Shown: positions 8,812 to 16,245 of the stretch, piece after piece
Layout: the number at the start of each line of letters is the position of its first letter
How positions within the stretch are numbered: the stretch's first letter is position 1
IMG/VR virus record: IMGVR_UViG_3300030376_003337
Span: 1 to 24,905 of that record
Direction: 5' to 3' (one strand)
Length of the DNA stretch: 24,905 bases
DNA from: a virus
Lineage: Duplodnaviria > Caudoviricetes
Position numbers and translations under genes: made by a program
Notes under the pieces: generated by a model
Databases searched by the model: none
What the model was told of the DNA's origin: nothing
Seen by the model: the letters and a program-made list of their open reading frames with translations, nothing else

Positions 8812-9674
8812 TATTTTCCTAACATATTTTTTAACAAAGTAAATCTTACTTGATCTGAATCTGTAAAGTTTCCAGAGTTAAACTTATTTAATAATAGTAA
8901 ATATTCTTGATTAAGTGAATCTACGTTTGCTAAAGACTCTAGACCACCATCTCCATTTCCTATTTTAGAAAGATCTTCGTCTATTGAAGATTGAGTTGTA
9001 GATTTTTTTCCTTTACCAAGATCACTAGATTCATTTGAAAAATTACTTTTAAGATTATCAGTAAAAGACTCAAGAACATTTTTATCGGTTAAATTAATAT
9101 CTTTAGCAAATTTTGATGCTGTTTTTGCTATGTTGTAAGCCTTCATACCTGTTGCAAATTTAGGTCCTAATAATTGTGGAGCTACAATTCCTAATATGAT
9201 GTTAGTAGCTATATTTTTAAAACTAAAAGGATTTTTTGGTTGAGGTGCAAAATTAGTTACAAGATTTCTTGGATCTAAAAAATTAAAACCTTTTTTAATA
9301 ACTCTAGGATCAAAAGAACTAATTCCTTGTTTATTTAATGCATCTAAATTTTTTTGTCTATTACGTCTCTCAGTATAAGTAGTTTTAAATGTTATAGGAT
9401 TACCAAATTTATCTTCACCTACTGTAACTGTTGGTGTAGGCATATTTTTATATTGATTAGATATGGCTCTATCTCTAGCATCTGATTTATTTCCCCCTGT
9501 ATTACTAGGACCAGCACCTGACATTTCATTGGCGCCAACTCCACCAGAACTATCCCCTCCATAGTTTCCTCCAGCCGATGCTCCTCCTGCAGGACCGGCA
9601 TAACCAGGTCTTGAACCATCTAAAGTTTTAGCAACTCTTTGACCTTGTGAGTACATCATTCTTTTATCAATCAT
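8811..9674 (-). CDS. Hypothetical, probably internal virion protein (287 aa)
   Basis: Low-complexity Gly/Ser N-terminus, one hydrophobic stretch (IATNIILGIVAP), Cys-free, TAATG-coupled. Confidence 0.55.
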   Translation of the reverse strand: MIDKRMMYSQGQRVAKTLDGSRPGYAGPAGGASAGGNYGGDSSGGVGANEMSGAGPSNTGGNKSDARDRAISNQYKNMPTPTVTVGEDKFGNPITFKTTYTERRNRQKNLDALNKQGISSFDPRVIKKGFNFLDPRNLVTNFAPQPKNPFSFKNIATNIILGIVAPQLLGPKFATGMKAYNIAKTASKFAKDINLTDKNVLESFTDNLKSNFSNESSDLGKGKKSTTQSSIDEDLSKIGNGDGGLESLANVDSLNQEYLLLLNKFNSGNFTDSDQVRFTLLKNMLGK

Positions 9675-11896
9675 TATCGTCTTCCTCCAGCATGTATATC
9701 TAACCTAAAAGTTCCTAACTTCCAACTTGTATCTACAGCAGTATTTTTTATTGTAAGAGCTACTGCTCTTGCTCTTGCTCGTGTATCTACTTTTGTTGTA
9801 GATGATGTAATGGTAAATGGTCCTAGAGATGAACTAGCTGCTGTGTTATTAGGATAGTTTCGTAAATCTAATTGTACAACTGTGTTACCTTGTTGAGCAA
9901 TAAAGTCAGGTATAATTCTACTAACTCGCATAATGTTTTCACCATCACCTCTAAGATCTCCTAAATTAGTTGCAGCTCCTCTAACGACTTTTTGTGTAAT
10001 ATCGTAATCTCCAGAAGTAATATCAGCAGGAATAGCTGTTGTAACAGCTCCAGCTTCTAATTGATTAACACCTGTTTCGTGTTCAAAGTATATTGTCGTG
10101 CCATCAGTATTACCAGTAACATCAAATGAATTATCATCATCTGCATTATATTTTGTACCATGTGGTAATCCAAATACAGCAGAATCTTCCCACGCACTTC
10201 TTACAAAAAGAGTGCTATCATTTGTAAACCATATAGGACGTTTAGATGTCGAATCTAAATAACTATAAAAAACTGCTCTGTTATTTACATTAGATGTAGA
10301 TGTTGGATAAAACCAAACAACTTCACCAAACAAATTATTAATACCACAATATATTAATTGATTAGATGTTGTGTTTAAATCATCATAAACAAAGTCTTCT
10401 ACTAAACAATCCATAGATTCTAGTTTACCAGTATATCTAAAGAAACCATTGTCAGACATCCAATATGCAGCACCATCAACTTCAACAGCTGCATTCATAC
10501 CTATCAAGCCACAATTAGTTCCTACTTGTTCAAAAGCAAAAGTAAAAGGTGTTCCTACAAAACGCATTGTAAATAAAGCTGTATCGGTCCAAACGTATAT
10601 TGCATTTCTACCAACTGTAGCTCCAATGATCCGTGATCCGTCGGCCAGTCTTTGTGTGCCGGCACTATTGATTGCTGTGGGTGTATAATCATTTATATTT
10701 TCTTGAGAAGAAAATCTAATAAACATATCATCTTGTGTAGTTGGATCTCCAATAGTTTGTTCTGTTCCAAAAAATATTAAGTGTCTGTCAGTTGTAGATA
10801 CTAACATATCACGTGATGCTGTTGGTGCACCAGATATAAGAGTTGCTCTAGTTGATGTAGCATTAGTTGCATCACCATCCCATTCAAATGCAGCACCACC
10901 TACAATTAATGCAATAAGTTTAGATCCTAAATTATCAAGAGCCCATAAACCAGGGTCTGTAACTTTATCAGTGTTAGCTGCTGGTGAACCCCACCCTGTA
11001 AATTGAGATGTGTTTGTAACTGTTGCTCCATTAGAATGTGTGGTAGCCGTAGTTCCTCTAGCTGCTCTACCTATACCAGTTAATTTAGTTCCTGTAATAC
11101 CCGTATAAGATATTTCTTCTGATCCTATTTGAACAAAATTAGTTCCCGTTGAAGGAAAACCTGTAACACTAGTTAATGTTATTTCTGTTGCAGAACCATT
11201 ATTACCACCACTTGTGCTACCAATGGCTCCATCTAAAGTTGTTGTAGCTGCACCTAAAACAGATCCACCCCATAGTGATATACCCCAACCAAAAGCTCCT
11301 AACTGTTCAGCTGGTCCAACATGATAATATTGAAAAAAAGTTATACCTCCAGAAAGAGTAGCACCACTTCCTGTTTCACTACTAGGCATTGTAATTGTAA
11401 TACTAGAGCTTGTTGGTACACTCGTAACCATAAATTTTTTGTCAGCAAAATCAGCTGCTCCAAAATTAGAGTTTGTTATAGATGAAAATGTAGAAGCATC
11501 ACCAAATAATATAATGTCTCCTGCCTGAAAAGTAGTTGTGCCAGAAAATGTTATAGTAACAGTTGGTGAGTTATTGGTAGTAGAAAAACAATTTGTAAGA
11601 GCTGTACCTGATGGATTAACTAAGGGATGTATATCATAAAACACACCACCAGAGTATGCGTATAAAATTCTATTTGTGCCTATTGCTGCAAATTTAGTAG
11701 AAGCAGAGTTAACAAAATGATGCAATCCTCTTGCTACTCCAGTTAACTTAGACTCACCTAATTGATTCCAACCACCAATTTTTTCGGGTGTACCATATCT
11801 AAAACGTACATTTTGTCCATCAGTCCACTGTGATTCAGCTCCTGTGGGTGTAACTTGTTTATTAAATCCGGGTAAAAATCCTAGTTTTTGTAGCAT
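9674..11896 (-). CDS. Tail nozzle / tail tubular protein B-like (P22 gp10-like) protein (740 aa)
   Basis: Starts MLQKLGFLPG...NVRFRYGTPEKIGGW. Has beta-propeller-like repeats (IRFSSQEN, VWTDTALFTM, NCGLIG, YWMSDNGFF, EVVWFYP) and ends WKLGTFRLDI..GGRR. Size and position fit a podovirus nozzle. Confidence 0.7.
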   Translation of the reverse strand: MLQKLGFLPGFNKQVTPTGAESQWTDGQNVRFRYGTPEKIGGWNQLGESKLTGVARGLHHFVNSASTKFAAIGTNRILYAYSGGVFYDIHPLVNPSGTALTNCFSTTNNSPTVTITFSGTTTFQAGDIILFGDASTFSSITNSNFGAADFADKKFMVTSVPTSSSITITMPSSETGSGATLSGGITFFQYYHVGPAEQLGAFGWGISLWGGSVLGAATTTLDGAIGSTSGGNNGSATEITLTSVTGFPSTGTNFVQIGSEEISYTGITGTKLTGIGRAARGTTATTHSNGATVTNTSQFTGWGSPAANTDKVTDPGLWALDNLGSKLIALIVGGAAFEWDGDATNATSTRATLISGAPTASRDMLVSTTDRHLIFFGTEQTIGDPTTQDDMFIRFSSQENINDYTPTAINSAGTQRLADGSRIIGATVGRNAIYVWTDTALFTMRFVGTPFTFAFEQVGTNCGLIGMNAAVEVDGAAYWMSDNGFFRYTGKLESMDCLVEDFVYDDLNTTSNQLIYCGINNLFGEVVWFYPTSTSNVNNRAVFYSYLDSTSKRPIWFTNDSTLFVRSAWEDSAVFGLPHGTKYNADDDNSFDVTGNTDGTTIYFEHETGVNQLEAGAVTTAIPADITSGDYDITQKVVRGAATNLGDLRGDGENIMRVSRIIPDFIAQQGNTVVQLDLRNYPNNTAASSSLGPFTITSSTTKVDTRARARAVALTIKNTAVDTSWKLGTFRLDIHAGGRR

Positions 11897-11919
11897 ATAT
11901 TAAAACCTGTTTACTAGGT

Positions 11920-11946
11920 GTTATATCAGATTGTGTGTGATTTCAA
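11920..11946 (-). promoter_or_regulatory. Possible promoter (TTGAAA-N15-TATAAC, with extended -10 TG) for the nozzle gene
   Basis: Minus strand TTGAAA tcacacacaatctga TATAAC. The spacer is short, but TGn precedes the -10. Confidence 0.4.
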
Positions 11947-11956
11947 TAGGTTTTAA

Positions 11957-12007
11957 GCAGAGGGAATCTGTGGTGGATCATCCCCCTGCAAGTCTAATGT
12001 ATAGACT
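11957..12007 (-). other. Tandem stem-loop element (terminator, processing site or structured RNA)
   Basis: Minus strand has hairpin AGUCUA-uacau-UAGACU followed after 1 nt by GCAGGGGGA(UG)AUC-cACCACa-GAUUCCCUCUGC. One pair is G-U on this strand but A-C on the other. It is followed by UUAAAA rather than a long U-tract. Confidence 0.55.
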
Positions 12008-12011
12008 GTTT

Positions 12012-12647
12012 TTAAGATTTTGTCAACTTAAAGCCTTTAAACCAGGCTGGTAAACCCAATAAAGGTCTTTTATCTAAATAATTTTCTTTAGCATTTTTAG
12101 AGTTAGCTTTGTTGTAATGTAAAAATACTTGTCCACAATCTTTACCTTTAAATTCTTCTCGCCAATGTTCTAAATCACAACCAGAATATATTAACATATC
12201 TCCTGGTTTAAGATCTACTTTAACGCCAGCTTGTTTTTCTTTACCTGTTGGATCAAGATAAATAGGCCATGGGTCACCACCTAAATTTAATGTTGTAGAT
12301 ATTTCACATGAATATCTATCTTTATGTCTAGCTAACACATCACCTTTTTTATATATCCTTGCATAGGAATATGTAGGACTTAATTTAAGTCCAGTGTGTT
12401 TTTCCATTACTGGTTTTACTTCAGTTAATAAAGTTTCCATTGCAATATCACTATAATGTGAATAAGTATTTGGTACTTGGTCATCATTCCATATGCCAAA
12501 GTACTCTGTAAATGGTGATATATATTTTTGATCAAACAAAAATCTCGCTGCATTTCTTTTATTTAAAAAATATTTGTAAACAAACTCTGCTAGTTCTGGT
12601 GAGATAGCTTTTTTTAATACTGTATACTTATTATGTTTAAACGACAT
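12012..12647 (-). CDS. 2OG-Fe(II) oxygenase-like protein (211 aa)
   Basis: YSYARIY..GDVLARHKDRYSCEIS (HxD), GDMLIYSGCDLEHWRE (distal His) and QVFLHY, a double-stranded beta-helix oxygenase pattern common in marine phages. Confidence 0.75.
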   Translation of the reverse strand: MSFKHNKYTVLKKAISPELAEFVYKYFLNKRNAARFLFDQKYISPFTEYFGIWNDDQVPNTYSHYSDIAMETLLTEVKPVMEKHTGLKLSPTYSYARIYKKGDVLARHKDRYSCEISTTLNLGGDPWPIYLDPTGKEKQAGVKVDLKPGDMLIYSGCDLEHWREEFKGKDCGQVFLHYNKANSKNAKENYLDKRPLLGLPAWFKGFKLTKS

Positions 12648-13356
12648 TTAATACTCCTTTTGGTATTGCTTGGCAGTTCCAATGTATAAATCTAAATGGA
12701 TTATAACCCATATCTACAATGTACTGATGAGGTAAATATGATGGAAAAAATATCATTCTACCTGGTTCAACTTTATAATTTATTGCGGATGAAGCATATG
12801 TTACTTTTGTTTTATCTTTTTCTGGTAATAAATTCATAACATTACCTGGTCTTGGATCTTCAAATAAAGGTAAAGATGTGCTTTCATCTGCTTTTAAAAA
12901 ATAAAAACCAGATATGTGACCATTCCAATGTGTATGCAAAGTATGGTGTCCTCCACCTTTTTTTGCAAATTCTTGTACCCACATTTCTGTAGTAAATACT
13001 TGATATTGAGATAAATCAAAACCCATTTCATTTAATAAGTTATGTGCTGTTGCACCTATGTAATCTTGTAATTGTTTAAAATTTGGATCACCTATTAATG
13101 ATGTAGAATGAAATACATGACCCATGTCTCCTTTATCACCAAATTTTTTATTACGTTTATCTATCTCAGGTTTTAGTGTTTTTTTAGCTATTTCAATATA
13201 TGGATCTGATGCTTTATTTAAACTATCTACAAATTTAGGTTCATCTGCAAACCATACAGGACATTTAAAAAATTCTTCTAATTTTAATTGTTTAGGATAA
13301 CTTACAACTTCTTTTTTTATTTTTTGTTTTTTAGCTTTAGCTTTTTTCTTTTTCAT
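12637..13356 (-). CDS. Putative 2OG-Fe(II) oxygenase, TIGR02466 / 2OG-FeII_Oxy_5-like (239 aa)
   Basis: MWVQ...HHTLHTHWNGHISGFYFL (HxH), FEDPRP and GRMIFFPSYLPHQY. SD AAGGAG upstream; Lys-rich N-terminus. Confidence 0.78.
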   Translation of the reverse strand: MKKKKAKAKKQKIKKEVVSYPKQLKLEEFFKCPVWFADEPKFVDSLNKASDPYIEIAKKTLKPEIDKRNKKFGDKGDMGHVFHSTSLIGDPNFKQLQDYIGATAHNLLNEMGFDLSQYQVFTTEMWVQEFAKKGGGHHTLHTHWNGHISGFYFLKADESTSLPLFEDPRPGNVMNLLPEKDKTKVTYASSAINYKVEPGRMIFFPSYLPHQYIVDMGYNPFRFIHWNCQAIPKGVLNVV

Positions 13357-13365
13357 ATTTCTCCT

Positions 13366-13989
13366 TTATTTAAATGGCCATCCTAAATTCCATATTACTA
13401 GACTGTTTCTTTCTCCACTTTTAACTGGACATACTCTATGCCATACAAATGAAGGAAACACAACTAAAGATCCTTTAGGCAATATCTCTTTACATTTCAT
13501 AACATTTCTTTTTTTATTAGGATCTAAATTTCTAAAATCAAATTCTAACTCACCACCTTTATAATCTTTTGGATCAGATAAAGTAACTGTAACAGATAGT
13601 TTTCTTATTTTACCTTGTGTAGGACCTTCATTAGCATAAGGTTTGTCCCAACTATCACAATGCCAATCATAGTATTGACCCTTTCTATATTTTGTAAACT
13701 GACAAGACTCACTAAAATCCCATTGAAAATTCCAACCTGCACTTGCATTTGCTCGATGCACATATGGTTGTATTTCTTTGTATATCCATCTATCGTTCAT
13801 CCAAACAATATTAGAATCTCTTTTTGTTTTTAAATCTTTTATTTGTTTTTTATTTAATTTTTTAACATTATCATAGCCACCAGTTCTAGCCATTTGATCT
13901 TGAAGTTGTTGACCATATTTTACAATGTTATCACAAATACGAGAGGGTACAACTGATTGAAAATACCAGTAATAATTAGTTAAATTCAT
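13366..13989 (-). CDS. PKHD-type / prolyl-4-hydroxylase-like 2OG-Fe(II) oxygenase (207 aa)
   Basis: QFTKY..GQYYDWHCD (HxD), RKLSVTVTLSDP..Y.GGELEF and GSLVVFPSFVWHRV.PV..GERNSLVIW (distal His and 2OG-binding Arg). Confidence 0.88.
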   Translation of the reverse strand: MNLTNYYWYFQSVVPSRICDNIVKYGQQLQDQMARTGGYDNVKKLNKKQIKDLKTKRDSNIVWMNDRWIYKEIQPYVHRANASAGWNFQWDFSESCQFTKYRKGQYYDWHCDSWDKPYANEGPTQGKIRKLSVTVTLSDPKDYKGGELEFDFRNLDPNKKRNVMKCKEILPKGSLVVFPSFVWHRVCPVKSGERNSLVIWNLGWPFK

Positions 13990-14005
13990 ATATCTTTATG
14001 AACTT

Positions 14006-14033
14006 AATATAGCATCTATTATGAAACTGTCAA
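14006..14033 (-). promoter_or_regulatory. Sigma70-like promoter TTGACA-N16-TATATT (extended -10) driving the oxygenase cluster
   Basis: Perfect -35 formed by the Leu-Thr codons (TTG ACA) at the end of the 560-aa gene; TGc precedes TATATT. Confidence 0.55.
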
Positions 14034-15701
14034 TGTTCCTGAAACTGTGAATGTAGCTAATTTGTCTCCACCAGGGTGAGTTGATGTTGAATTTGCTCCT
14101 GGTGATACTGCGAATGTTCTAGCACTTGGACCTCTAACTATAACTATTCCACTTCCACCAGCACCAGAACTAGTGTCACCCGGATCTCTTGATCCACCTC
14201 CACCACCACCTGTATTAGCTGTACCAGGTTGAACACCACCGCTAGGGTCATCACCTCCATTTCCACCACCACCGGAGCCTCCGCTTCCACCACCACCACT
14301 ACAAGCACTACCACCTCCACCACCAGCGTAAGTTGTAGAGGGCCCTAAAATAGAATTTGCTAAACCATTTCCACCATTTTTACCAGAACCGGCTGCACCA
14401 GCTCCTCCGCCACCACCACTTTGTGAACATGTTCCATCAGCACCGGCATTTCCTTGACCACAAATACCAGCTGCACCTATTCCACCAGCTCCACCACCAG
14501 TTTTATGACCACCTCCACCACCTGATCCACCAATAACTCCACATGAACCAAATTTTCCACCACCACCACCACCAGTAGCAGTTATAAGTGATCCAAATAC
14601 TGAATTAGTACCATTAGCACCTTTACAACCATCTGATATCGAAGCACCACCAGCACCTACAGTTATTGTATGATCACCTACTTCTACGTCAATTGCAGCT
14701 CCACCAAAATTAGTTAATAGACCTCCAGCACCACCACCTCCAGCTGCATTACAACCACCAGATGCACCACCAGCAACTACTAAATATTCTATACCTGAAA
14801 CAGTTGGAACAAATCTTGGCCATGTTCCTTGACCCACTGCACTAAATTGACTTTGCATTGACCACACACCACTTGCTTTATTTAATTCTTTTAAAATAAT
14901 TCTACCTGAACCACCTGCTCCACCAGTACCAGCTGGACTTCTTTCAGCACCTCCACCTCCACCACCAGTGTTTGCTGTTCCTGCTGTTCCATTGCCACCT
15001 ACATTAGCTCCTGCTCCACCACCTCCAGGTCCACCTGATCCAGCTGATCCACCAGGACTATGAGATGATCCACCACCTCCACCTGCAAAGGTACAACTTG
15101 ATAATGGAGATGCACTTGATCCAGCGCCACCATTTCCTCCAGCAGTTGAAGTTCCATTTGATCCTACAGCTCCTGCTCCACCACCACCACCAGCTCCGTA
15201 GTTAGGTCCAGCAGCAATACCTGTTCCGCCATCATTACCTTGACATGCAGTTCCAGATCCTCCTGGATTAGGTCCGCAACCAGCTCCACCACCTCCTGAT
15301 CCACCATCAGCTCCAGGTTGAACACCTGATCTAGCTGTTCCTCCGCCACCACCACCTATGGCTACACTACATAAAATAGTTGAATTAGTTCCTGATGTTC
15401 CTCTCGCTGTTGCTCCTGGAGAAGCTCCTGCTCCACCACCTCCAACTGTTACCGCAAAAGGTGTAGCAACATTAAATTCTGTACATAAATAACCACCAGC
15501 ACCTCCACCACCACCATGAAAACAACCACCACCTCCACCACCACCAGCTATAATTAAACTAGATACAACTCTAGTTCCTGGTTGTATTGTAATTGTTGTT
15601 GAACCTGTAGAAGTTGTGTCATGAACAGTGCATTTTCCAAACGAAGTTCTATTCGTTTTTCCAATTACTCCGCCGTTTACTGTACCGCCGCCTCTAGGCA
15701 T
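14019..15701 (-). CDS. Glycine-rich tail fibre/adhesin-like protein with two Gly-rich domains (560 aa)
   Basis: Two domains, each running from (Y/S)L[IV][IV]AGG...GGGGAGG to GTANTGGGGGG...GGSG.[IV]I. SD GAGGA upstream; paralogue of the 908-aa protein. Confidence 0.75.
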   Translation of the reverse strand: MPRGGGTVNGGVIGKTNRTSFGKCTVHDTTSTGSTTITIQPGTRVVSSLIIAGGGGGGGCFHGGGGGAGGYLCTEFNVATPFAVTVGGGGAGASPGATARGTSGTNSTILCSVAIGGGGGGTARSGVQPGADGGSGGGGAGCGPNPGGSGTACQGNDGGTGIAAGPNYGAGGGGGAGAVGSNGTSTAGGNGGAGSSASPLSSCTFAGGGGGSSHSPGGSAGSGGPGGGGAGANVGGNGTAGTANTGGGGGGAERSPAGTGGAGGSGRIILKELNKASGVWSMQSQFSAVGQGTWPRFVPTVSGIEYLVVAGGASGGCNAAGGGGAGGLLTNFGGAAIDVEVGDHTITVGAGGASISDGCKGANGTNSVFGSLITATGGGGGGKFGSCGVIGGSGGGGGHKTGGGAGGIGAAGICGQGNAGADGTCSQSGGGGGAGAAGSGKNGGNGLANSILGPSTTYAGGGGGSACSGGGGSGGSGGGGNGGDDPSGGVQPGTANTGGGGGGSRDPGDTSSGAGGSGIVIVRGPSARTFAVSPGANSTSTHPGGDKLATFTVSGTLTVS

Positions 15702-15713
15702 TTAAGTGTCCTC

Positions 15714-16193
15714 CTATTCGGACACCCAAGCTGTGCCATTCCAATCGTATTTGGTAGGTGTTTCCGATTCGTCGTTTAATTTAGTTGCTTCCCAACCTTT
15801 AGTGTTGTCAGCGTTGTATTTTGTTTCGTTCCATACAATATGATATCTTACACCATCTTCTTCTGTAACTGTTGGATAAGTTACTGGTGCTTTCCAATCA
15901 TCATTACTATCTAACGACCATGAAGCATGAGGTTGTGAATTTAAAAATTTATCTTTTACAGGATCATATACCATTCCAATTCCTGCGTATTGTTTTCTAA
16001 AATTATGATTGTAAGAAGTTTGTTTCCAAATTCCACCTTTAAAAAAATTAATACACCATGTTTCTCCATCTTGGTGCATATCTGAAGGAACACAGTCGTT
16101 TCCTACAACTACTACTCTTTCAACTATTTGATGAGTATCTGACGTAAATCCAGTAGGATCTACTTTTGTTTTTAGTTCTGCGAAATGTGCCAT
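15714..16193 (-). CDS. Conserved phage protein found beside Gly-rich fibres; possible fibre chaperone/assembly factor (159 aa)
   Basis: MAHFAEL...VERVVVV, WKQTSYN.NFRKQYAGIG..YD...DKF, QPHASW.L....WKAP..YP and a Trp-rich end (YDWNGTAW). Strong SD AAGGAG. Confidence 0.6.
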   Translation of the reverse strand: MAHFAELKTKVDPTGFTSDTHQIVERVVVVGNDCVPSDMHQDGETWCINFFKGGIWKQTSYNHNFRKQYAGIGMVYDPVKDKFLNSQPHASWSLDSNDDWKAPVTYPTVTEEDGVRYHIVWNETKYNADNTKGWEATKLNDESETPTKYDWNGTAWVSE

Positions 16194-16216
16194 GTTATTA
16201 CTCCTTAAAAGTTATA

Positions 16217-16245
16217 TTTATATTTTAATCTTAACTAATTGTCAA
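16217..16245 (-). promoter_or_regulatory. Near-consensus sigma70 promoter TTGACA-N17-TATAAA
   Basis: Minus strand TTGACA attagttaagattaaaa TATAAA. The -35 is encoded by the Leu-Thr codons at the end of the 908-aa gene. Confidence 0.7.

Noticed and set aside
11957-11989. 7-nt-loop hairpin as a tRNA gene or remnant
   Set aside because: No cloverleaf, no T-loop GTTC, no U at the position preceding the would-be anticodon, and no CCA end.
284-13833. Other short plus-strand ORFs (e.g. 284-619, 616-993, 3817-4284, 7987-8334, 10449-10688, 13615-13833)
   Set aside because: They are antisense to well-supported genes, mostly in the mirror frame, often with non-ATG starts and no recognisable domains.
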